DNA from: Utricularia gibba
Taxonomy: Eukaryota; Plantae; Magnoliophyta
Direction: 5' to 3'
Assembly (NCBI GenBank): GCA_002189035.1
Contig: CM007989.1
Location: forward strand, 6,386,001-6,450,000
Length of the DNA stretch: 64,000 nucleotides
Below, one piece after another: positions 12,541 to 25,302 of the stretch. The stretch's first letter is position 1. Each line of letters opens with the position of its first letter. Position numbers and translations under genes: made by a program. The notes beneath the pieces were generated by a model. It was not told the DNA's origin. It was given only the letters and a program-made list of their open reading frames with translations, and made no database searches.

Positions 12541-13957
12541 TATTTTCCCACAGTTGTCCCGACGTCGGGACTGCGTCGCCAGTGTAGATGTACTCATTTA
12601 TTTTGGAAACCAAAATAGATGAGGTTGAGAAAATATTACTGAAATAGATGTAGTTTTTGTTTTGGTTTAATAAATAGATTATGTTATTAAAATATTAAAT
12701 TACAAATGATAAAATCAATTTTTTGAAATAAATGTAATAAGATTATAAATCATTAAAGAACAAATAAATAATTTTTACATTTATTTTAAATTTAAACAGA
12801 TGTTTTATAAATAATAACTTGACTGTTTTTATATTTTATAAATTAGATATATGATTTTATAAAATTATTTATGAAAAAATTTATAGCAATGTTAATTTAG
12901 AGGACGCTCAAATACCGCAAGAGAAGCCAACATTTTGCAGCTTCCTCTTCACACCCAAATTAACATCTCAACTGGGTCAGTGTTTGGTTTACGCCTAATC
13001 ACAAAAAAATCAGAAGATCTGAATAAATGCTTTGTATTAAAGAGTTTTATTAAATATATATATTGAATGGTTTAAATTATGTTAAAATATTATAGAAATA
13101 ATATATAGTTAATTAATTACATTTACTAATATTTACATAACTAAACATATTACTTTTATTTCAAAACTCATTTATTTTACAAATCAAAACTAAAACATTA
13201 TCTAATTTACAAACACTTTTTAATCATCATCTATTCTGGAAACTATAAACAAAAAGTACATCTAAACATGTCATTTACACTCCCGGGACATCAACATTAT
13301 TGACGCAAGTGGCATACACAAATTTTGAGGTGGAAAACAGATAACCTTTATTATTATTATCATAAGAAAAACCTAAAAATCACCATTGAATGAACTTTAC
13401 TTTTCAATTTGTAATGACAAAAGTAAATTTTACATAAGAAAAGAAAAAAAAAACACGTCAAATATGATTACTTTGGATAATTAATATGACCTTAAAAAGG
13501 AATGTAGATATATTATTATTTAAACCAACACTATAAAATTATTTATTAAAACAGAATTTATTACCGTCAAAACTTTGTTCCAAAATCAATGAAAACACAC
13601 CACCACTCACCTCCTTGGAATCGAAGAAATCTACTCACCGCCATCGTTCTGATTGGTCTTATTCCGTACGGGTTGCCTAAATTCTTCCCACTTTCTTCTT
13701 GTCGACGAAGCCCCTACCATAAAGAAGCATTCTTTTATTCGGAATTCACGTGCAACACATCACCTTTGCCCGACGGCTACCTCGGAATCTAACCTTTTGC
13801 TTCTGGATAGTTCTTCTTTCGAGGTTCATTCTTTGCTCCAGATTGGCGTTACTTTAGCTCTGAGTTCAGGTATATGCTTTTCAAGGGTTCGAAAGTGGAC
13901 AAAAGCTCTTCACTTTGTGGTGTTCTGAAAAATTGATGCGGCTGCTGCTTCAAGAAG

Positions 13958-14846
13958 ATGCAGCTGTATCATCATCCATATTCATTTGATAGCCAGAAAG
14001 TGAGGCTTGCTTTGGAGGAGAAAAGATTGGATTATACCTCTTTTCGAGTTAATCCGATCACCGGAAGGATTTTCGACTGCAGTTTCTTCCGGCGGAACCC
14101 GACCGGAAGGCTTCCAGTTTTCCAGAATGGCGCAGTTATCCTACATGACACAGTAGAGATCATCAAGTCGGAGTTGTTTGGATCTTTAACCTTTTGTTTC
14201 TCTTGAATTGAACACTTGACTCACATTTGTTTTCATTGGCTTGAAGTGCAGGTACGTGGACAGGATAGCGATGGTGTCATCTGGAGGGGATGATTCCACT
14301 CTCAGCAATGGAGAAGCCATTGACTGGATTTGCAGAATACAACAATGGGATTCAAGCTTCTTCACAATCTCCCATGTTCCGTCCAAGTATCGTCGATCCG
14401 TCTCGAAGTTCCTGAGGCGGGTGATCATTGCCCGGATGGCAGAATGCCCAGAACTGGCTAGCAAGTATCACTCCAAGCTGAAACAGGAGTATGACACGGA
14501 AGAAAAACTCAAGGATCCGGAGATTCTGAGACAGAATGAAGCATACCTAGAGAAAATTCTTGACGAAGCAGAGAGGAAACTGAGTGAACGAACATATTTG
14601 GTTGGAGAAGAGTTCAGTTTAGCAGATGCTGCATTTGTCCCTGTTCTTAGTCGTCTGGCGATACTGGATCTGGAGGAGAAATATATCATCGCAAGACCAA
14701 AGGTAGCAGAGTATTGGAGTTTGGTGCAGAAAAGGCCTACTTACCAGAAGGTTATAGGGAAGTACTTTGATGGCTTCAACAGACATATAACGCTGCTGAA
14801 GACATGGCTCTTCCTGCAAATTAAAAGCCTGCTGAAACAATACTAG
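13958..14846 (+). CDS. TCHQD: Glutathione S-transferase, TCHQD class (exons 13958-14166, 14252-14846)
   Basis: Diagnostic start MQLYHHPYSFDSQKVRLALEEK..VNPITG..NPTGRLPVFQNG. C-terminal YLVGEEFSLADAAFVPVLSRL and TLLKTWLFLQIKSLLKQY*. Junction is in phase. Confidence 0.95.
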
Positions 14847-15221
14847 GGCGTTTTCAACTGTATTTGTTACCGCAACTTCCCCTGGAAGGCAAAATAGGAT
14901 AACTCGGGCGTAATCAAAGGATACCGTCATGAACTTTCAGTAGGTACCTCTTCCGTTCTCTCTGAAATTTTGAGTATTCACCAGACAACAAGGCAGGAAC
15001 TGATAAGAATAGGCAAGTTACACGGAAAATGAAAGAATTCTTGTACATGGGGAATTAATTAGCTAAAAAAGCATACATTGTTTCAAAGGAACTTAAGAAC
15101 CTTGCGGCATAAGCACCCTCGTATAAAGTCCTATTAAATGAAGGAATGTGTTCACAAAAAATGGAATTGAATCTTCTTAGCTAAATGAATGTGTACCCAT
15201 TCACTCCGTTTCTCCTAAACC

Positions 15222-18200
15222 TCACTGAAAACCATCTCCTGCAGCAGCATTATTCCATCCGTTCCGCATCCGAACCCACGGTGGTAACTTAGGCAGTTTC
15301 CTCCCCAAGTTAGGATACCCCTGATGAATGTCATGGCGACTGTTTTCAATGCAGGTGTATTTTTTTGGTGGATAAGTGCTGCATGTACCACTAGTACGAT
15401 AAATGAGATTGCTAGTAGACTGTTCTGGATTTTCCACATCTTCCAGATCTTCCTGGCCCCCAAAGACACAATTAGGTGAAGTCCATGGAGGATATGCATG
15501 AAACGGCAAACCTGGAGCCCTAATCCAATTTTCATCTTTTCTCACCCCAAATAACTGGATAGAAGAGTAGGGAACCCCATAGGATAGAGGAATACCGGCA
15601 TCAAACTTTATATGTGACTCACCAAGTACAGAATTGCAAGCAATCTGCTCCATCTGTGTCTCTTTCTCTTTGAGATTCATAGAGGCACGTGAGACGGGCG
15701 CGGGTAAGCCCTTGCAAGGAGAAGAAAAGCCGGGAGGAGCATCATCATCATCTATGTTCAGGTTGTCTGTAATTCCTCCTGAATGTTGCTGCATGTTCAG
15801 ATCTCTTTGCTGGTGATTAGCATCAGGAGAAGATACGCCTGGTGGAACTAGGAGATAATCAGAAGAGGACAAACTAGTTCTCGGCTGCTGAGACTCATTG
15901 CTGCATAACTCTCTTTCTTGGTAACCAAACGAAGTTGAAGATGAACCACATGGTAGCATGAGAGCCTTACAAGGAGACGAAAAACCAGGAGGCATATCTT
16001 CCTCAGTATTCAATTTCGTATCATCAGCCAAGTTGTTTAGTGTGCTTGAATCCAGGCCATCTTTGATGTGTGCACCCATCACATTGTCCATTAGAGAAGC
16101 TGAAATTGGACCAGCAACTATCATGGGTATATGACGAGATGAAAAACCAGGTGGTATACCATCATTTTTGGCCTCTCCTTCTTGGTTACTAGGAGCAACA
16201 TGAGCTGCAACTGAGACATGTATTGTCCCATTACATGAAGAAAACCCTGGCGGGATATCACTGATGTTATTCCCATTTCCATCATCTGAAAAGCTGGTCC
16301 TGCTTCTGGAATTAGCATAATCCTCTGCTGAGCAATCCCATCGACTTTTTCGCTTCCGTATTCTTGTTCCATCAGTAGCACAATTTCTAACTGAAGAAGA
16401 AAGGCCTACAGTGACAGAAGTTACAGCTGCTCCAGGAGCAGCAATGGGCTGCAAATCACCTCCAGAAGATCTCCCACTTTTATCATTTAAAGAAGATGAA
16501 CCTAGTGCTGCGCTGCAGATTGAGTGCTGGATCCTCCCTTCATACCAATTAATGTGGCACCTTCTTCGTAGATGTTTTGGTATCCACCTGTCTCGAAAGC
16601 TCCTTGCTATTTGATGTACCTGCAAGTGGTAGACAGGTGAAAAATTACATGTCAAAAATGTGCGCAGAACAGGTCAGATGTCTTTCTATATTCCAGTTTA
16701 AAAGGTGGTTTTTGCTTTTGTCTACTCTTTTGTTCACCGTGTTGGTACGACGGGTAGGGTTCAGTGTCATCAATAGACATTATTGAAAGTATGAACCATA
16801 AGAAAGAAAAATTATTCTAAATTTGAAATACACAGCGCAATCAGCTCAGCACTTCCCACGGTGGCACACTTTCTTTAGGATTCCAATGGACTATTGCTTA
16901 AAAGAAAAATGAATGGGCACCAAGAAGACAGTGGGAGCCAACAAAAAGTTGTGAAACACACACAATCCACAAACATGCATTCCAGTTTTTCCTCAATGCA
17001 ATTTCAAATGACATCCTTGAAACAATATTCACTACCTGTTTGTCAGCATGTTCGGTGAGTGTCAAAATTGAATCCTTAAAGCTGCAGCCATAGAATAAAA
17101 AATGAATCAGTATATCATATCCCTAGAAAAGGAAAAACATAGCATACCCATGGTAAACAAGCAATAGAGAATTGGATAAAGATATTATGTAAAGCTAGCT
17201 CGGTTCATGTACTCCTACCTCTCTACTCCTGGGCAAGGTGGGCCTCCAGTTATGTGCTCCAGAGTAAGAATATCTCGCATGGCAAGATACTCCAGTACCT
17301 AGCAATATGAAGACCAAATATATATAATTAACTTTATTATGTATTAGAAAAATATACTGCAATGAATATAACAGACTCTTCTGCTAATAAAGATGTCAGC
17401 GCACAGAAAACAGTGCATGATGCTGCACTATGTTCCAAGAACATAATTTAGCACCACAGTGGAATCAATTACCTTCAGAAGCTTCCGCAGAATAGGTGTT
17501 TTGATAAATTCTTTCCTGTATCGCTTCACTATGTTGTGTAACATCTGCACACCTGTAGATGAACATGATAGGTTTTTAGTCAAAAAAATGATGCTTTCAA
17601 GAAAGAGAACACGGATATCTTCTACTGATAATATTAAATCACCATTTTTATTGATTATATCTAGAAGAACGGAGCGAGATTTTGTCTTCAGCAAAGCATC
17701 CAAGATCATGGAGAGATTCCGGTTACTGCAAAAGATTTCAAAAAATGAAGATAAATATCTCCATATAACATCAATATGCTTCACAGCATATACATCAAGA
17801 TTTTTAAATTATTTTTGAAAGTACCTCTGAAGAGCTTCACCATCACCAACACTCTCTGACGCAGCAGTTAAAAAAAGAAGCTTCAAGTAGCCCCGTGATG
17901 CATCCTATTAACCATAATCAAACATATATGATTTCATACACGTTCACATGGACATAGCATCAGAAAACTGAATATGGTGCAGTAAATTTTAATTCAACAA
18001 CACGATAAAAGGGATTAAGCATAAACACTTGACAATTCACCTTTCTCTTGCTTATTCCCCCTTCAGGATCAAGCAACTCATTAAGCTTTTGCTCAACTGC
18101 AGAAATAAATCACTTGATATGAAGCTCAAGCTTAAACAAAAATATCCAATGAATAGTTTTCAGTTCATACCTGCTTCAAAATGGCCATTCAATGAAAATT

Positions 18201-21200
18201 CAAGCATATTCTTCGATTTGTCCACTGGTGCATTCGACTTTTTTATTTCTGCAATTCCTTTGTCATTCCCAGCATTCAGTTTTAACTTCCTTCTGATAGG
18301 AAAATATGGCAATCTAGGCTTTGTTAATATATTAAGCCTTTCAGGTTCCTCCCTTGCTACAACAGGAGACTGTTCCAATCCCCTCTTTTCAAGTACCACA
18401 GATGATGATGGCAAAAAATCAGTAGACGGTGGAGATGACCACATTTTCTTGCCTGGTTCCTGATATTTAGCGTTCATTTCAGCCCCATCAATGGAATCTT
18501 CAGAAATCTTAACATCCAAATCCTCAGCCTTAGCAGCAATATCCACTCCAATGGAGCTTTTGAATTCCAATGTTTGACTATCAAAACTTACTGCATTCTT
18601 GGCAGAGATAACATCATCAACCTTTTCAGTTGAAGGTGAATTGGAAATGCTCTTAGCACCTGAACTTCTAGATTTCTTCATGCAATATTTTTTTACTGGG
18701 TCTGCTTTTGCCGTTGTTTGGTCTCCTGTCTTTTTATCTTCACAGACCACAACAGATTCTATGTATTCTTCATCTGTATCATCCTGAACAACTAGCTCAG
18801 AGTTTGTTGGATCACCACCAATATAACCACGACAGTGAGCAGATCCACAAACACATTTTTTAGCAGCAGCACCAAATACTCGCACATAGTTATAATCAAA
18901 AGTAACCTCTTCACCCTGCCGACAAATGAGAAAAATATAAAGCGTAATAAGATAGGAAGATAGTATGTGCATCAGAAGGAGGATTACCTTCTTAATATCC
19001 CTTAAAGCAAATAGTCCAACACAAACCTCTCCATTCACCATCCACTGCCAAAGCAGAAAAACATTGTGAGTCACCACTTTCTCCTCTCAATTTGAGCATC
19101 AACACATTCATAAAGCAAGTGATTAGAAAGTTTTGAAACTTTAACATTGCGAAATAACTTCTTTTATTATGAAAAAAAGTATAGCAAATATGCCCAAGTG
19201 TAAACATGCCTTTTCTGTGCGGCAGTTGGGCTCACAGCTATGGTTGATAAAACGGCCCAAATTCCCTTTAGCACAGGCATCGATCACCTGTAACAGATGC
19301 ACAAATAAATCATATAAATAATGAAAGGAAATGAAAACAGTAATAAAAAAGAAGCAAGAGGACCCAAAACATACAAAATCCTCAATACAAGACTCCTAGG
19401 ATGCAGAAAAATTAGCAGGAAAAGGAGATAGGGAAACAAGGATTTAAGAGTAAAATGCTTTGGCCTAAGGGGAAACTACGTGGTTAAGGTGCTCCGTTAA
19501 AGAATAACATCAGTATCACACATCGTGCATAAACATGCCACTAGAGTTTAGATGTATGTTCCTAATCTCTTGAGATATCCAATACTGTTACGCTGCATCC
19601 CACTCGAAATTCAAAATATTGCTTCCCAAAAAGTCTGAAACGACTCATAAACAAAAGTGAAAGATGCATATGGCAAACAAGTGTAATTTCAAGATGACCA
19701 AGTGATCGTATTAAGTATGTCCTGATTCTCTTACATTTCAATAAGACAGGACAATAAAACTAAACTGAGAGCTTGTTAACTGCATCTAGAGATGAAATAT
19801 GACAAGCCATTCTTGTATTTCAAAAAGGGGAAAAAAAATGAAGCAAACAAACACCAACCTCACTGCCATTCAGTGTCATGAAGTAAAAATGCCTATGGCC
19901 CTTCATGGCATACTCTTTTTGCCTTGCTTCATAAGTGTGCATATCCAGAACCTGCAACATTGGCATTCTTTAAAGATCTCGATTTGTTATCAACTACACT
20001 TTTAGAGCACATCAAGTTCTAAGAAAGAAAAGCATGTTCATAATATAGAAGACTTGATGTAATCAGATGAAACAGCCCATGGGATTAAGACTTAATCCAT
20101 GACTTAATAAAGAAAATACTGGATCATATCGATAGCATGGGTTTTATCATTCTAAATTATTCATCTTTGTTTGCGTGAGGAGCTAGCAGTTTGATGTTAC
20201 CAATTATGATGTGCTAAAAAAATTGCATCCAAGTTACCTCGCCAACATATTCAATAAGGAAACGTCCTTCAGATATGTCTTCAACAGCTTGAAGTCCAAA
20301 ACCCTTCTTTCCACATCTTATCCACTTCAACTTAGCATATGTACGCTTTTGAAACTGCAAGAAACAACAAATCAATTGAAGATAAAAACCACATAATGCC
20401 AACTACACCACATGAAAGAATACAAACCTGCTGATTTGAACAAAGATTGCCACAGGGGCAAGTACCTCGGACACACTCAATATTGAGCATCCTGTTCAAG
20501 CATTTAGTTCCACAACCCATTCTACCATCAGATGGAGGTTTGCAATGGCAAACCATTACCTGATAGCCCCATACATCACAAAAATAAATTCAAATAATGA
20601 AGATCCTTTCACATGTGATTAAATGTTGGGACATATAAATGTTGAAAGAGTTCAAGAATTAAAATATAAAAGATACCAGCATTCACCTCATCAATTGTCT
20701 GAGTTTTACGCTTTCTACGCAGAAACAAGTTTGTCTTAATAGGCCACCAAGAGGGTTGATCAGACGCTATAGAAAGTCAATTAAAAGTAGGTGAATCTAA
20801 ACATTGAAGGATAAAGTCAGCAGAAAATCATGAAAAATAGGATACCTTTTGATTCATCATGATTGCTGAGGAAGATGCTGGGTGCATCCTCTTCACAAGA
20901 TCCATCAGATAATTCCAGTTCTTCATTAATTTCTGAATCTGACTTCTCTTGAGGGACTGAGCAATCAGCGAATTCTTTATCCATGTTGTCTTTGCATGTC
21001 CTTATCCATAAAACATACCCAATAAAACAATGAGACCAACTAATAATGCCTAGAGAACAATTTATCATAATCAACCACAGTAAAAATCTGATGAAATTGT
21101 TAGAAGGAACTTTTATCAGTCTACAATGCATACATTCTCTAAATTATAAGACAAACATCAAAGCAAACAAAGCCTTCTTCATTGATAATATTGAATAATG

Positions 21201-23249
21201 CATTTTAAAAGAAAACAATACACAAATTTAAAGTGCCCTCGGCAGACCACAGGGGAAAATTAAAAAAGAATAAGAAACATTATCTAACAATGACAAGGAA
21301 TAAATTTTTTGAATGTTTAGTGTGTTGATGGATTGAGGCCATAGAGAAGCAATTGTAATTATTTACCATCCACAGTCTGTTTCTTCAATTTGATCAGCAA
21401 GTGCTGCTGGTATTCGTCGCCATTTTTGACAGTCATCACAAAGCACCCAAGCATTTCTCACTGTTTTATATTGATTTTCTGCTGCAGCGATAGACAAAAA
21501 ATGGGATACTATGCTCAAGAATATTGTTAATGCAAGAACTTTAAAATGTGAAAAGATTCATAGAAGTTGTCTGCAGCTGCTACCTGCTTTTGGATGAGAA
21601 TCATTTATTAGGTGGGCATTTATGGCACCAGTCTTCTCATTTACAAGATGCTGATCAGCAGCAGTACTACCGTACTCTCCTTTCGTCTTAGATGGTTTCT
21701 CATTCATTCCTCTAGCCTTAATCCTTCCATTGGTTCCATTCAGATCTGGAGACATTTTTCCATTGATACTGGTCATGCTACAGACTTTTGAGGCTGCAGA
21801 CATAACTGCATCAGCAAGTTCCCTAGGGAGGTTCTTTCTGCTGGAAGTTAAATGAGAGTCTATAGTAGTCTTGGTGTCGGCTACTTTGCGAGCTATACGG
21901 TCCTCTCTAATATCAGAATCTAGAAAATCATTCATGCTCTCCATATCATTTTTCTTACTTTCAACACGACCATTGCCTACCTGATGGGGCTTACCCTTGT
22001 TCCTCACTTTCTTACAGCTACTAAGGTGCAAGCTCAAAAAAGAGTTTTTTTCAGATGCTTGAGCATCATCTGTGATTCCTGCGCCCATTGGCTTGTCCAG
22101 AGTATCATTTTCCAGATGAAACAGCTTATCTTTCTTTGTTCCTCTCTTGGGAGTCTCCTTTGGTGGAATAGAATTTGAGATGGCAGCAGGAGAGGCAGAA
22201 GCATCCAACATGCTACACGTTCCTTGAGCTTTGGGTAACCCCTTTTCACACTGTGAAGCATCCGGAACAGAGTTGATAACTTCTGAATCAGGAGAAGTTC
22301 CAACATCTGAGAACTGGTTTTCTGTAGAACCCTGTAAGTTATCCAAAATTTTCAAACATAGGGTTTGATGGACATCTCCTTCACTTTTGACATCAATCTG
22401 TTTACTTTTAGCAGAATCATCAGAGACCATAACCTTCTCCTCATCCTTTGCAAAAACTGAAGAATCATCTCCAGACATGTTTTTCCTGATTCTGATTTCA
22501 TTGTCAAATAATTCAGAAATTCCTTTTTCTGCAGCGCCAGTATACGCATCTTGATTACCAATGACACAGTCTCTATTTCCAAACTTAATCTTCAAGGAGA
22601 TTGGTCGCAAAGGGAGGTTGTTATTCCCAGCTGATGCATGACCTATCTGTAGCCTGGCAGCAATTCCTTTTCTGCCATTAGAATTCTTGCCTGATCGATT
22701 TCTTGAAGATTTTTGCTTCCCTCTTCTGCCTTTTTGTTCACACGTCCAGTTTGGTAAAATCTTAACCTGAGATCCCCAAATTGAAGTTCTAGCAGGTTTA
22801 GCGTATGTACTTCTGGTTTTTCTCAGTATGTTCAAGGATGTGAAATCAAGCCCTGAAGCATTCCCTAGCCTCCTATTATTTGATTTTTCCCAACCCAAAT
22901 ATCTGTTAGATGATTTACATGGAACTTCACAAATCTGATCAGTTTCAACAAAACATACACCTTCAACTCCTGAAAACGGCTCTCTGATATTCACAGACTC
23001 AAAAGAATCTAATTTCATTCCATTCCCATGCACCAAAAGGTGGTTAGATTGGCTTACCACCTCAAAACCAGTGTTTTTATTTAAAACTGTGACTGCATCT
23101 TCACCAGGATTAAGATGTTCAAATATACTCATATGATCTAGATCCAGCAAGTCAGCAGTTGGTGCAATATTTAGTTTTTCCATCTCTAAATCAATATGAG
23201 CAACAGATGGATCATCAATAGCTTCACCTGCAATCTCTGCAGATGCCAT
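15222..23249 (-). CDS. ASHH2: Histone H3K36 methyltransferase ASHH2/SDG8/EFS (CW, AWS, SET, post-SET; ~15+ exons)
   Basis: CW domain [16 protein letters not shown]|[21 protein letters not shown]; [23 protein letters not shown]; [53 protein letters not shown]; post-[18 protein letters not shown]; downstream [18 protein letters not shown] and RKRKSRWD. Confidence 0.95.
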
Positions 23250-23267
23250 CTCCGTTAAGGTATTGCC

Positions 23268-23352
23268 CTATCCACTGAGATTCATAGGATGACAAGGCAA
23301 AGCACTGAGACACTTGTCAAGCAACCTATGAATCTAATCATCCCCCTGACAT
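23268..23352 (-). promoter_or_regulatory. Three chained uORFs in the ASHH2 leader
   Basis: After a strong polyT-ACAG acceptor (~23387): uORF1 23352-23338 (MSGG*), uORF2 23341-23282 (19 aa), uORF3 23285-23268 (MNLSG*, in frame with the main ATG at 23249). Confidence 0.45.
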
Positions 23353-24045
23353 AATAGATGAATTTCTTTAGGAAAAAGCAAGGAACTGTAAAAAAAAAAA
23401 AAAAAAAAACATGGCATATCACACGCGCATATCAAAACAATTAGTTGTACATTATACAATACAGATGCATTACAGGGTCTCTTAATGGATTCCGTGTTGA
23501 TATACGAGTAGATTTCTGTTCTACTTCCAAAAAACGAACTGATCCTAAGTATTTTCTGACCTAAAAGGAAAACCCAAAGAACTGTGCTTTACAAAGAAAC
23601 CAGAATTAAGCAGGCAGATTGGAACCTACAATTCCTCAATTCTGGGCATCTCAAGCACGGTAACCTAAGTGAAGAAAAAGGAAAAAAAAAAAAGAAGGAA
23701 CCTACAATTCCTCAATTCTGGAAAGATTTCGCGCTAATGTAGGTTGAAACTAGAAACACTAATACAACAACGAGATCGTAGCCGAACTAAACATACCCTA
23801 CTTTCAACATCAACATAAATCCTAAAGTGCTGCGGAATTCACACAAACTCGAATGCAGGATCATCCAGACCCCACGGAATCAGAAGATGAGATCTAACCT
23901 GGAAAAACATGCGATGCAAAACAAAAAAAAAATATTGCTGATGCATCAATTTTACCGAGTGAAGATCAGAAAACGAGCAGATGCTCAAACTTGCGCCCCG
24001 AACCATGAATATTTCATCTGCCTTTCAATTTCAGACACTTTCAAA

Positions 24046-24065
24046 GAGAGAGAGAGAGAGAGAGA
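24046..24065 (+). repeat. (GA)10 microsatellite / GAGA element near the 5' end of ASHH2
   Basis: Read directly from the sequence. Confidence 0.85.
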
Positions 24066-24692
24066 TAGACGATTGACGGAGAACCTGGGATTTCTAACTT
24101 GGCTGTTTCACGCAGAAAGACATATAGTTGGGTACAAGCTTCAATGGGAAAAGTACACGCCTTTAGAGCGGCAAGCGAGGGTGGTGTCGACATTATACAA
24201 GTCAAAGGCCTTTTTTTGTAGTCTTTCCAGGGTTTTCACTTAATAAAAGATTTATTTTGGGCAGATTTCCAAAAGGCAGATTTATTTTGGTTAAGATTTA
24301 TTTTGACATTATATAAGTAAAAATAAAAGATTTATTTTGTTTAAATTCCGTTAATCACATATGGATTATAAAATATAAAATTACTTTGATTGATTTTTTG
24401 TTATTTTTCCTTCATCATTCCTAAATAATATAGAATAATATGTTTTGTCGATGACATTAACAATATTTAATATAAAATTATAAATCATATTATATCTCTC
24501 TTGTGGGTTGAAAAAACCCTAAAGATTGAAAAAAATTATATTTAATCTCACAAATGAAAGTTTATTTAAATCTACATTCATTTTCTTTACCTAATCTTAT
24601 TGTTTTATCTAATAATGAAATATCATATAAAAAAACTAATGTATTTAACTTTTTATTATAAAGAAACTATTTTTATCCCCTATATCCCAAAT

Positions 24693-25302
24693 TAGACCCG
24701 AGTATTGGGATGTATCAACTTGGGTTGTTGGTGATTTTCGACTCGATGAGTTATTTGATTAAATTGTGAAAAAAATAAATAATTTGCAATCCAAAGTATT
24801 CATTTATTAATTTAGTTTTTATATCTTTTTTATTTAATATTTATAATTTGATACTAACTAATTATGCTTATATTATATATTGTCAATACTAAATGTTGTG
24901 CTCTTAAGTTAGTACGAGGATGGGAACACTCGACTGAAAGTAGAGGAAAGAAGAAGAATAGGCATCGAATGCTGCTATTAAATGCGCTTTGGTGAGTGAA
25001 TAACCTGAAGGAGGTAAACATTATTATATTTTTTGAACTCAAATATTGATTAAATAGATTATTACACAACAAAAAAAAATAACTAAAAAATTAAATAATT
25101 ATTTAAAAAATAAGATAAAATACGGGTTAACTAGTTCATAATCGGATCAACTCGACGATTCAATGAGTAACAAGTCAACTCGGATATGATACGAGTTGGG
25201 TATCAAAACCTGTCAACCCATCGATTCGTGAACCCGTAATAGGGCCATGACTCGACGAGTCCGACTCGTTAATTAGTGAGTCGTGACCCGTGCCCAAGTC
25301 TA
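24693..25302 (+). mobile_element. Non-autonomous hAT element (610 bp) of the same family as 1252-4121, in inverted orientation
   Basis: Exact 8-bp TSD TCCCAAAT at 24685-24692 and 25303-25310. Ends are TAGACCCG... and ...CCCAAGTCTA. Positions 25115-25302 are the reverse complement of 1252-~1440 and share the exact block GAGTCATGGCCCTATTACGGGTTCACGA. Confidence 0.92.

Noticed and set aside
12975-13530. Possible Tourist-like MITE (GTGTTTGGTTT ... AAACCAACAC)
   Set aside because: The TIR match is short and imperfect, and there is no TSD.
13589-13928. ORFs upstream of TCHQD
   Set aside because: No recognisable conserved uORF peptide; they overlap the leader and a likely 5' UTR intron (~13870-13954).
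23621-23722. 25-bp direct repeat GGAACCTACAATTCCTCAATTCTGG in the ASHH2 leader intron
   Set aside because: A real but ordinary local duplication with no sign of function.
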